A stretch of DNA of 21,456 bases from Promethearchaeota archaeon (GTDB lineage: Archaea > Asgardarchaeota > Lokiarchaeia > Sigyniarchaeales > SOKP01). Made by a program: the position numbers and the translations under genes. The number at the start of each line of letters is the position of its first letter. Within the stretch, counting starts at the first letter, position 1. This document shows positions 1 to 8,486 of this stretch, piece by piece. The stretch is taken from contig JABCSY010000068.1 in the NCBI GenBank assembly GCA_018238625.1, positions 1-21,456 of the forward strand, given 5' to 3'. The notes below the pieces were generated by a model. That model had not been told where the DNA came from. It was given only the letters and a program-made list of their open reading frames with translations, and did no database searches.

Positions 1-122
1 AAACTTTTTTCGTTTTTTTGGTTATAATAAATCATTATCAACTCAGTTTTTTTTATTAAAATTTTAAATTACTCATCAATAAGATGATTATTTTAAAAAT
101 CAGATTTACTTGCTTTTATGAT

Positions 123-190
123 TGTAGTTCCAATACTTTCATGGAAGTTTCGAACTTTTACGGAAGTTCCATAAAATATATATAAATATA
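123..190 (+). promoter_or_regulatory. Putative operator array (GGAAGTTCC-like units) followed by a TATA-like box, upstream of the wHTH-TPR gene
   Basis: TGTAGTTCC 123-131, GGAAGTTTC 143-151, GGAAGTTCC 162-170; ATGGAA (141-146) and TTCCAT (167-172) are inverted; TATATATAAATATA at 177-190. Confidence 0.45.
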
Positions 191-238
191 AAAGATGTAG
201 ATTATAATTTAGATAATAATATTTTATTTTCTCAAATT

Positions 239-2146
239 ATGGAAATTCTAAATTATCCTCCTGAAAAGATTTATAGCCCTTCCAAGTTAAGTAGGCCAAA
301 TTACGACCACATTATTCTCTGGATGTTGTATAATAATGATATTTGTAAATGGTCCAACCTTAGTCAAGAACCAATTGAAATCCCTATAGGTACATTATCA
401 AGACATATAGGTGCATTAACACGTAAAGGTTTTGTTGATAAAATTTCAAGAGGTAATTATAGAATTACACCAGAAGGAAAAAAGAGATTTCATGAGCTAT
501 CAAGTGCTAAGAAAAAGGTACGAAAGCTAAATTATCCTCCAAAAATAATCCTAAAAAGTGGAAGAAATTACACCCATTGGATTCTTTGGATGGTGTATAA
601 TAATAATTATTGTAAAAGAACTGATTTTATTGAAGATCCTTTATCTATAAATCAGTCCTCATTGTCAAAGAATTTAAGTCTATTTATTGAAGAGGGATTT
701 TTAATAAAGGAGGAGGGAAAATACCTAATAACTCAATCTGGCAAATCAGCATATTCAGAGATGCTGCAACATTATGATTTAGATAGACAAACGATTTTGG
801 AAGAGGAGGGTAAAAAAATTAAAGAAATTACGCAAAAAACTATTAATTTTTTTAATAAACTCAGAATTGAAGATAATGAAATTCAATTTAGATTTCTAAC
901 TAATATTCTAAAATTAGATTATGAAAAAGTAAAACCATTATTAAAAGATGAAGAAGTTTTCTATAAAATCTTGCTTTTTATTTCAATTAATCATCCAGAG
1001 CAATATCCTAACTTCATATCGCCTGAAGATTTTTCAAACAAGTATAAAATTAAAAAAATTACTCTTGATTATTATATAGATGAAATTTCAGAGGGAAAAA
1101 TATATCCATTCAAATTTTTTAAATTAACTGGACCTTCAGATGGAGTTTATTACTTTCAATCGGAAGGAAAATTGGAAAGAATGCTTCAAGTTATTACAGA
1201 AAACTATATTAACAAATTTACATACTTAAATAAACTCTTTTCGAAACCAGTTGATTACCTAACCAAATACGATAGTAATTCTATTATAAATCAGATTTTA
1301 GACGAGATTTGTAGTTTCTTATTCAATAAAGATTTTAAAGAATCATTAAGAGAACTTTTACCGGGATATATCAAATATTTAGCGTATAAATTTGAATTTA
1401 AAAGGGAGTTAAAGGATACTTATGATAAATTGGAAGGATTAATTTGGCAGGATTTGGCAGAAATCTTTGATTCCCCAATTTCTGAAGACTTGAAAAGTCA
1501 ATATGAAGAACAGGTTAAAGAAATTGATAGGGAGATTGAGTTAAATCCTATGAATATCGATTTATATAAATCAAAAATTAAAATTTTAATTTACTTTAAC
1601 CAATATAATGAAGTATTAAGGGCGTTAGATAATATGTTAAAAGCGTTTCCTGAAGAAGAAATAGATGTTATGATGAAAAAGGCATCTATTCTTAAGAGAA
1701 AGAGGGATCTAAGAGCAGGATTAGATATTATCGAAGATTTACTTAAAAAGTATCCAAAAAATAAGGAGCTTCTTAGCTATAAGGCTTATTGGTTCCAATA
1801 TTTGGATAAAAAAGATGAATCCTTAGAAATAATTCAAAAGCTTATAGAGAGTGAACCAGATATAGGAATTTATAATGATAACTACGGAGAAATTTTAATG
1901 CATTTTGAAGAATATGAAGAAGCTGTAAAAAGATTCTTAAAAGCACTTGTAATGGGCAGCGATGAGTGGTATATTTACCAAACTTATATTAAAATGGGAA
2001 TTTGTTATAAAGCGCTTGGGAACCACGATTTAGCAGTTAATAATCTTAAAAAAGGGAAAGATATTATAAATAAAAGCTCAATTGATCCCGATACAAAACA
2101 AAAATGGCTTATAATCGCAGATCTATTTCTTGCTGAGATGAAGTAA
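239..2146 (+). CDS. Tandem winged-helix protein with C-terminal TPR repeats (putative regulator), 635 aa
   Basis: Two homologous N-terminal units (LNYPP...ILWMxYNN...TLSRH/SLSKN...GF...Y-x-IT-x-x-GK) resembling MarR/ArsR wHTH; TPR-like helix pairs in the last ~200 aa (e.g. YGEILMHFEEYEEAVKRFLKAL, MGICYKALGNHDLAVNNLKK). Confidence 0.8.
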   Translation: MEILNYPPEKIYSPSKLSRPNYDHIILWMLYNNDICKWSNLSQEPIEIPIGTLSRHIGALTRKGFVDKISRGNYRITPEGKKRFHELSSAKKKVRKLNYPPKIILKSGRNYTHWILWMVYNNNYCKRTDFIEDPLSINQSSLSKNLSLFIEEGFLIKEEGKYLITQSGKSAYSEMLQHYDLDRQTILEEEGKKIKEITQKTINFFNKLRIEDNEIQFRFLTNILKLDYEKVKPLLKDEEVFYKILLFISINHPEQYPNFISPEDFSNKYKIKKITLDYYIDEISEGKIYPFKFFKLTGPSDGVYYFQSEGKLERMLQVITENYINKFTYLNKLFSKPVDYLTKYDSNSIINQILDEICSFLFNKDFKESLRELLPGYIKYLAYKFEFKRELKDTYDKLEGLIWQDLAEIFDSPISEDLKSQYEEQVKEIDREIELNPMNIDLYKSKIKILIYFNQYNEVLRALDNMLKAFPEEEIDVMMKKASILKRKRDLRAGLDIIEDLLKKYPKNKELLSYKAYWFQYLDKKDESLEIIQKLIESEPDIGIYNDNYGEILMHFEEYEEAVKRFLKALVMGSDEWYIYQTYIKMGICYKALGNHDLAVNNLKKGKDIINKSSIDPDTKQKWLIIADLFLAEMK

Positions 2147-2263
2147 GCTCTCTTTATTTAATAATTAATAAAAAAAATTAGTCTTTGATAGAATTTTGAT
2201 AATCTTTAAAAAACAACCTAAAATATGCATTATATACATACATATACATTTAGAGGGAATAAA

Positions 2264-3265
2264 ATGAATGAAAGGCATTTTCAAGAATTTTTAGAGAATA
2301 ATAAAATTGATGAAAGCATAATAAAAAATTATCTCTCGAAAATTAGAGATTATGAAAAATTTCTCAACAAAGAAAATCTGACTCTCGAAACAGTTGAACC
2401 TAAAAAATTAGTTGATTACACTGAATATTTAGTTTCTATTGAGAAAGAATCTGTTTTAGATTTTCTTAGAGCATTAATGAATTATGCTAATTATTCCAAG
2501 AAATACGATTTTATTACTGAAGCGATAGATATTGCGGAGTCTTACATAGCAATGGAAACTTTGTTTTCAAGAATAGTTGAATTTCATGGTGAGCAGATAA
2601 GAAACGAGATTTTTAAAGATTTGATTATTCCTCCTTTAGGCGTACATCCAGAAAGGAAGCCTGAGTTCACGAAAATTGTTATGAAAAGAATGGAAGATAA
2701 ACTTGGAAAAGAGAATTCAATTAGACTTCTTTCACCATGCCTTCATGGCCGCCCACCTGATGATATTGAAGGAGACAAAAAAGACATCAAAGAATTAGGT
2801 ATTGATGGTTTTTTAGTAAAGAAACACCAAAAGTTAATCCAAAGGCTCAAGAAGCATAGAGACGAGGGGACATTAGAATTTGCTCAGTATGTTGATGATG
2901 AAGTAATAGAATTTGTGAGAAACAATCAAATGTTAGCTGAAGGCGTAAGAGAAGGAAATATCATTTATCTGTGCAAGCATCCTTATCAAATAAAGAAATT
3001 TCTAAATGTTAAAGACGACAAAATGAAAAGGTTTTATCTTTGTTACTGCCCTTGGATTCGAGGAGCATTAAAAAGCGGAACTGAAAGTGAAATCTCAAAA
3101 GATTTCTGTTATTGCAGTGCAGGTTGGTATAAACTTTATTGGGATCAAATTTTTGAACAATCTGTAAAAGTTGAACCTATTAAAACCGCCCTTGACGGTG
3201 CATTGGAATGCAAATTTGCCGTTCATTTACCTGAAAATGTATTAAACTCAAATAAAACGAAATAG
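2264..3265 (+). CDS. Cys-motif protein, DUF6144-like/V4R-like C-terminal domain; function unknown
   Basis: CYCPW...FCYCSAGWYK...W...VKVE...CKFAVHLP pattern. Start moved from 2225 to ATG 2264 because a purine-rich GAGGGA precedes it and a TATA-like TTATATA lies inside the called N-terminus. Confidence 0.6.
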   Translation: MNERHFQEFLENNKIDESIIKNYLSKIRDYEKFLNKENLTLETVEPKKLVDYTEYLVSIEKESVLDFLRALMNYANYSKKYDFITEAIDIAESYIAMETLFSRIVEFHGEQIRNEIFKDLIIPPLGVHPERKPEFTKIVMKRMEDKLGKENSIRLLSPCLHGRPPDDIEGDKKDIKELGIDGFLVKKHQKLIQRLKKHRDEGTLEFAQYVDDEVIEFVRNNQMLAEGVREGNIIYLCKHPYQIKKFLNVKDDKMKRFYLCYCPWIRGALKSGTESEISKDFCYCSAGWYKLYWDQIFEQSVKVEPIKTALDGALECKFAVHLPENVLNSNKTK

Positions 3266-3299
3266 GATTATACTATTTCAACATCTCAAACTCGAACTT

Positions 3300-4523
3300 T
3301 CACATTCTTTCTAATAGTATTGAAATTATATTATTCCCAAATCCTCCGAAATTACACGTAATTCCTGTTTCAGCACCTGCGACTTGTCTTTTTCCAGCTT
3401 CACCTCTTAATTGCCAAACTAATTCTACAACTTGTGCTACGCCCGTAGCTCCTAGAGGATGTCCACGCGCTTTCAAACCGCCTGAGGGATTAATGGGGAT
3501 TTTTCCTCCAATTTCCGTCAAACCATCGTGTGCCGCTTTTGCACCTTCACCTTTTTTAAAAAAGCCAATGTCTTCGCTTTCCACAGCTTCAAGAATCTCG
3601 AAAGCATCGTGAAGCTCAGCAACATCAATATCCTCTGGAGTCTTTTTAGCCATTTTATAAGCCTGATCAGAACAAATTCTCAACGCTTTCAATACGGTAA
3701 GGTCTTCTCTTTCGTGAACTATGTGCGTATCAGTTGCTTGACCTATACCACTAATTAAAACAGGAGTGTCGCAATATTGTTTTGCAATTTCTGCTTTACA
3801 TAATACTAAGGCAGCTGCTCCATCTGAAATAGGGCAAATATGAAAAAGTCTTAACGGATCAGCGATTATTGGGTTTGTCTTATCGTCCTTAAGGTAATCG
3901 TAAATATCATCCCAATTTCCCTTTCCTTTTCGAACAGCACTCTCCATGAACTCGTCTATGGTTTTTTGAAAATGCGCTACCGGGTTTAAAGCGCCATTTT
4001 TATGGTTCTTAATTGCGATATCTGAAAGCCATTCCAATTTAGCGTTATACTTCTCGAGGTATGCTCGCGTCAATAAACCAGCAAAAGAAGGAAGTGAAAC
4101 ACCTTGGCGTCTTTCTGCTTCGTGATGAGTCATAGTAGCGACGTTAGAAGTTATAGCTCCTGGAGTAGTAATGTGCGTCATCTTCTCACCACCAACGACT
4201 AAAACTAAATCGCTCATTCCAGAAGCAATTGCTTGAAAACCAGCTTTTACAGCAGAGCCTCCGCTCGCAGGACCGTTCTTTATATGATCGGCTGCAGCGG
4301 GTAATAGACTTATCCGGTCTACAAGAGCGCTCGCAAGGCCCGAAATCTGATTAAATTGTCCTGGGCTCATCGCACCCACATAAACGGAATCAAATTCTTT
4401 TTCACTAGTATTTGAGTTATCGAGCGCTCCTAACGATGCTTCACAGAGTAAATCCATTAAACCCTTGTCTATCAATCTTCCGAATTTGGTGTGGCCTACT
4501 CCTATTATCGCTACTTTGTTCAT
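3300..4523 (-). CDS. Thiolase-fold protein (SCP2/archaeal type), non-canonical active site
   Basis: VAIIGVG-x-TKFG N-terminus, PISDGAAA, ELHDAF, NPSGGLKARGHPLGATG; NGPASG where NAC-A-S-G is usual. Confidence 0.9.
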   Translation of the reverse strand: MNKVAIIGVGHTKFGRLIDKGLMDLLCEASLGALDNSNTSEKEFDSVYVGAMSPGQFNQISGLASALVDRISLLPAAADHIKNGPASGGSAVKAGFQAIASGMSDLVLVVGGEKMTHITTPGAITSNVATMTHHEAERRQGVSLPSFAGLLTRAYLEKYNAKLEWLSDIAIKNHKNGALNPVAHFQKTIDEFMESAVRKGKGNWDDIYDYLKDDKTNPIIADPLRLFHICPISDGAAALVLCKAEIAKQYCDTPVLISGIGQATDTHIVHEREDLTVLKALRICSDQAYKMAKKTPEDIDVAELHDAFEILEAVESEDIGFFKKGEGAKAAHDGLTEIGGKIPINPSGGLKARGHPLGATGVAQVVELVWQLRGEAGKRQVAGAETGITCNFGGFGNNIISILLERM

Positions 4524-4615
4524 AGTTATAACATATTTTTTTTATATTTAAGATGAATTATGATACATTTTGATTTTATTAAATAATAAGTTTAATACTA
4601 GCGAAATTTATTTAC

Positions 4616-4641
4616 AAAATAAAAAAAAATAAATAAAAAAA
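4616..4641 (-). terminator. Oligo-T archaeal terminator after the canonical thiolase gene
   Basis: A-tracts on the + strand (T-tracts on -) 20-45 nt downstream of the stop at 4660. Confidence 0.45.
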
Positions 4642-4659
4642 GAGAGAACGATAGAATTT

Positions 4660-6006
4660 TCATTTAGGATGCTCGTTTCTTACGATGGTTGCAGCACCCA
4701 TTCCGAGACCAACACACATCGAACTAATGGCAAACTCTTTGCCAGACTGCTCTAATTGTTGAACATTTGTACCAATTAATCTTGTACCCGTAGCCCCTGT
4801 AGGGTGACCTAACGCAATCGCGCCACCCCAAGGATTAAATCGAGAGTCGTTCCAATCTAACCCTAGTTCGTAACAACTTGCATAAATTACAGGGCTAAAG
4901 GCTTCGTTGATTTCTATAAAACTCATATCGTCAAAGGTCATGTTTGCTCTTTTCAAAACTTCAGGCATGGCATCTATTGGGCCTGTTAGTTGTAAAATAG
5001 GATCGGTTCCAAGCACAAAATAATTTACGATTGTAGCTCTAATACTTAAACCAAATTCTTCGGCTAATTCACGCGTCATCCACAGTTGTACCGCCGCACC
5101 ATCGCTAGTTGGGCAGCTATTACCGGCGGTTAAAAAGGCTTTGCTTTTTCTTCCGATTATCGTTCTTAAAGTTGCTAATTTTTCCATGGTGGAGTTTGGA
5201 CGCGGCGCTTCGTCTTTTTTGGTCAATACGGATAAACTTGGATCTTCAGCAACGTCGTTTTTTTCGTTTAGCATGGGTTTTCCATTTTCGTCAAGCTTGG
5301 GACACCAAATCGGCTCAATCTCTTTACCTCTTTCGTCCCAAGTACTAAGAGCTTTTTTATGTGAGGCAAAAGATAGAGCGTCTAATTCGTGTCTAAATTC
5401 TTCCAAAGTTTTTCCAGATTTTTTCATCCAATGGAATCCTAAATCGTGAGCAGAATTAATTTGGCCCGCAAACGAAGTTTTATATTCCTTTAACTTCTCA
5501 GCTACTTCGGGGTTAGATAAAATCTTCTTATTTGGCGCTATCATTACCGTTTTATTTTGTTCCTTATCAAAAATAATAGCGTCAGACATAATTGGATATC
5601 GATTCTGAACTTCCGTTCCGCCGCAAATAACGCAATCGTGTATCCCTGAGGCAATTGCCTGCCAAGCAGACATAACTGATTGGGCACCGCTAGCACATTG
5701 ACGATTGATCGTCATTCCGGGTACTTTTACCGGTAGATGGGCCGCTAAAGCAGCTGTTCTTCCAATATCAAGGGCGCAATCACCAATTTGACTATTGCAT
5801 GATATAATTGAATCCCCAATTATATTTACGTCAAAATCGTTACGGTTTAGAATGGTGCGATAACAATGTACAACTAAATCATCGCCTCTATGACGGCCTA
5901 TAGTCCCTTTTCTCCGCCCTATTGGCGTCCGCACGTAATCAACTAAAACGGGTTCCCGCTTTGGGTCTTTAAAATATTTTTCATACATACTTACTAAGTC
6001 TGCCAT
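4660..6006 (-). CDS. Acetyl-CoA C-acyltransferase (3-ketoacyl-CoA thiolase, FadA-like)
   Basis: All canonical motifs present: RTPIG, INRQCASG, TAGNSCPTSDGAA, EINEAF, GGAIALGHPTGATG, SMCVGLG. Confidence 0.95.
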   Translation of the reverse strand: MADLVSMYEKYFKDPKREPVLVDYVRTPIGRRKGTIGRHRGDDLVVHCYRTILNRNDFDVNIIGDSIISCNSQIGDCALDIGRTAALAAHLPVKVPGMTINRQCASGAQSVMSAWQAIASGIHDCVICGGTEVQNRYPIMSDAIIFDKEQNKTVMIAPNKKILSNPEVAEKLKEYKTSFAGQINSAHDLGFHWMKKSGKTLEEFRHELDALSFASHKKALSTWDERGKEIEPIWCPKLDENGKPMLNEKNDVAEDPSLSVLTKKDEAPRPNSTMEKLATLRTIIGRKSKAFLTAGNSCPTSDGAAVQLWMTRELAEEFGLSIRATIVNYFVLGTDPILQLTGPIDAMPEVLKRANMTFDDMSFIEINEAFSPVIYASCYELGLDWNDSRFNPWGGAIALGHPTGATGTRLIGTNVQQLEQSGKEFAISSMCVGLGMGAATIVRNEHPK

Positions 6007-6136
6007 TAATCTTCACTTTACTTCTTAAATTTTATAGGTTCTAATGTATTTTTATTAATTAACTTTATTTTAATACTTAGTAATATTGGATATATACTCA
6101 AAATCTTAATCAATAATCAAAGGGAAACTAACTAAC

Positions 6137-6736
6137 ATGGCTCTTATTGACAAGATAAAAATTATCAGAAATTTGCCAGAGAGCTTCGAAATCAGAGCCT
6201 CAGAATTGGTTTACGAAGCATTTCAGAAAAAAATTAATTCCGTTATTAAAGAAAAAGAGAAAGCGATTAGGATCATAACAAAATCTATAAATTATTCTGC
6301 TGGTTTTTATGCAATTTATGAAAATTCTTTAGTTGGAATAGCAGGAACACAATCCAAAGGGGATCGATTTATAAAAGCTAAATTTTCGCATTTTCACGAG
6401 GAATATGGTTTTTTTAAAGCACTTATTAAAAAGATCTATTTCAACATTGATTCTATAGGGACAATTAAAAAAGATGAATTAGAATTAACTGCGCTTTCTG
6501 TCCAAAAAGAGATGAGGGGTAAGAAGATAGGCACTAAACTTATAAATAAAATCATACTTTATGCCAAAAGTAAGGATTATAAAAAGTTAAAACTCACTGT
6601 GGTCGATACCAATCCACTAGCAAAAAAACTTTACGAAACTATTGGATTTACTATACATAAGACAAAAAATTACGGTTTTTTAACTCGTTCTGCTGGTTTT
6701 AAGGAAGTTACTCACATGGTTATAAATTTAAATTAA
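6137..6736 (+). CDS. GNAT-family N-acetyltransferase
   Basis: Motif A LSVQKEMRGKKIGTKL and motif B NPLAKKLYETIGF. Confidence 0.9.
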   Translation: MALIDKIKIIRNLPESFEIRASELVYEAFQKKINSVIKEKEKAIRIITKSINYSAGFYAIYENSLVGIAGTQSKGDRFIKAKFSHFHEEYGFFKALIKKIYFNIDSIGTIKKDELELTALSVQKEMRGKKIGTKLINKIILYAKSKDYKKLKLTVVDTNPLAKKLYETIGFTIHKTKNYGFLTRSAGFKEVTHMVINLN

Positions 6737-6804
6737 ATCATCGTTGTCGAAGAATAAGATTTTTTCTAATTATATTTATATTTACATAGAATTAAGAATA
6801 TAAT

Positions 6805-7638
6805 ATGAAATTCGAAAATTTAATTTATAAAGAGATCGACCAAGTGGCTTGGATAACGCTCAATCGCCCTGATGTCATGAACGCGTTAAGCATGAAGCTT
6901 TCTGAAGAGATAGTTACGGCAATAGAAATCGTAAGGCAATCTACAAAACTTAAGTTCTTAGTTATCAAGGGCGCGGGGGATAATTTCTGCGTGGGCGATG
7001 ATATTAAAGAAATGATTAAGTGGGGAAATGCGAATGATATAACAAGAAGAGTACGATATTATCAGAATATGGCTAATCAACTCGAGGAATTGGATAAAAT
7101 CACGATTGCAGCAGTAGACGGTTTTGCGGTAGGCGGTGGCTTGGAGATTACGATGGTGTGTGATTTTGTAATTGCCACCGAGCGCTCGAAATGGGGCATG
7201 CCAGAAGTAGACGTCGGAATAACTCCCGGGTGGGGCGGTACTACGCGATTATCTCGACTCATAGGTCGACGGAGAGCTAAAGAGATTAACCTTATTGGCG
7301 CGCTCCACTCTGGGGAAAAGGCTGTAAAATGGAATCTATGGAACCGGGTTGTGCCCAACGACCAACTTGATACAGAAGTAGAACTATTATTGGACGTACT
7401 TAAATCTAAAAACCAGCAAGGCATGCGTCAACTAAAATTTATTATTAATCGCGGAGTAGAGTGTGACTTATACACGGCTCAAGGCTTTGAAGTTTTATCT
7501 GGTGCTTTAACTGGAGCTGTTAGCGGAATGTGGAAAATAAAGGACGCTGATCAAGGTAAAGGTGTAATCGGATTCACTGAAAAGGATGGTCTGTGGCAAA
7601 CTAGAAGACGGTTAGCAAAAGATTTCTGGGTTGATTAA
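6805..7638 (+). CDS. Enoyl-CoA hydratase/isomerase (crotonase family)
   Basis: ITLNRPDVMNALS, FCVGDDI, AAVDGFAVGGGLE, GMPEVDVGITPGWGGT; both catalytic Glu positions present. Confidence 0.95.
   Translation: MKFENLIYKEIDQVAWITLNRPDVMNALSMKLSEEIVTAIEIVRQSTKLKFLVIKGAGDNFCVGDDIKEMIKWGNANDITRRVRYYQNMANQLEELDKITIAAVDGFAVGGGLEITMVCDFVIATERSKWGMPEVDVGITPGWGGTTRLSRLIGRRRAKEINLIGALHSGEKAVKWNLWNRVVPNDQLDTEVELLLDVLKSKNQQGMRQLKFIINRGVECDLYTAQGFEVLSGALTGAVSGMWKIKDADQGKGVIGFTEKDGLWQTRRRLAKDFWVD
7603..7638. repeat. Left copy of an exact 36-bp direct repeat (last 12 codons of the hydratase gene, including TAA)
   Basis: AGAAGACGGTTAGCAAAAGATTTCTGGGTTGATTAA, identical to 8451-8486. Confidence 0.98.
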
Positions 7639-7763
7639 CTCTTCCTATATTGTTTTAAAGGAAAAGGTAAAAATATATTATTTCTCAAAAAATATATAAA
7701 ACACAAGAAATCTATTTTCAATACACACCAAAATCTAAATAAATATTAAAAGAGATATAATAT

Positions 7764-8033
7764 ATGATGATATCTGAAGAAGATAAAAAAATAATATTAT
7801 TATACGCAAGAAAATACAACTTAGAAAAAGTTATTCTCTTCGGTTCCTCTAAAGAGAGGGAGGATGCGCGAGATATAGATATTGGTGTAAGAGGTATAGA
7901 ACCTAAATTATTTTTTGATTTTTGCTGGGAATTGTACAGGGATTTATCGAAACCAGTAGATGTAATTGATATAAGTATAGATTGTTTATTTAATAAACTA
8001 ATAGAGGAAGATGGGTTAGTATTATATGGCTAA
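7764..8033 (+). CDS. Minimal nucleotidyltransferase (MNT) antitoxin, MntA-like
   Basis: 89 aa, VILFGS-x8-DIDIGV and downstream VDVI; overlaps the HEPN gene by 8 nt. Confidence 0.9.
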   Translation: MMISEEDKKIILLYARKYNLEKVILFGSSKEREDARDIDIGVRGIEPKLFFDFCWELYRDLSKPVDVIDISIDCLFNKLIEEDGLVLYG

Positions 8034-8463
8034 TGTTAAGGACAAAATTCTTGCGGAGAATGAAAATATTGAAAAAATTTTAATTGAATTGGAAAAAGTG
8101 AAAAAAAAACCGAGTAAAGAACTCGTAATTCTTGTAGGAATTGGAGCCTTTCTTCAAAATATCTATACGGGTATGGAAAATATTTTAAAACAAATACTTT
8201 TACACCAAAACTTACCAATCCCTGAGTCACCCACATGGCATAAAGATTTATTGAATTTTGCTTTTGACAATAAAATAATATCGAAAGAAATTCTTGATAA
8301 AATTGGTAAGTATTTAGTTTTTCGGCACTTTTTTACCCATGCTTATGGATTTTTTATTGATGAGGAGAAATTAGAACCACTTATGAATAATATTTCTGAA
8401 ATTTATTCTGAGTTTAAAAGAGAAATAGATGAATATCTCCTAAAGGAACAAGAAGACGGTTAG
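8026..8463 (+). CDS. HEPN ribonuclease toxin, HepT/DUF86-like
   Basis: R-x4-H-x-Y motif (FRHFFTHAYG), LQNIYTGMENIL and WHKDLL; paired with MNT. Confidence 0.9.
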   Translation: MANVKDKILAENENIEKILIELEKVKKKPSKELVILVGIGAFLQNIYTGMENILKQILLHQNLPIPESPTWHKDLLNFAFDNKIISKEILDKIGKYLVFRHFFTHAYGFFIDEEKLEPLMNNISEIYSEFKREIDEYLLKEQEDG

Positions 8464-8486
8464 CAAAAGATTTCTGGGTTGATTAA
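8451..8486. repeat. Right copy of the exact 36-bp direct repeat
   Basis: Identical to 7603-7638; contains the HEPN stop (TAG 8461-8463) and the A of the flavin reductase ATG (8486). Confidence 0.98.

Larger units (their letters stand above)
7603..8486. mobile_element. Putative non-autonomous inserted cassette carrying an MNT-HEPN pair (812 bp between 36-bp direct repeats)
   Basis: Exact flanking repeats; removing one repeat plus the insert restores a TAATG stop/start overlap between hydratase and flavin reductase; no recombinase inside. Confidence 0.7.

Noticed and set aside
3266-4662. TGA stops of the two thiolases as selenocysteine read-through
   Set aside because: Both proteins are already full length and no SECIS-like element was recognised
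6039-6785. TTCTAAT-containing similarity on both sides of the GNAT gene
   Set aside because: Needs gaps and is low-complexity; no convincing duplication
7603-8486. 36-bp repeat as a CRISPR array
   Set aside because: Only two copies, 812-bp gap, the repeat is coding sequence, and no cas genes are present
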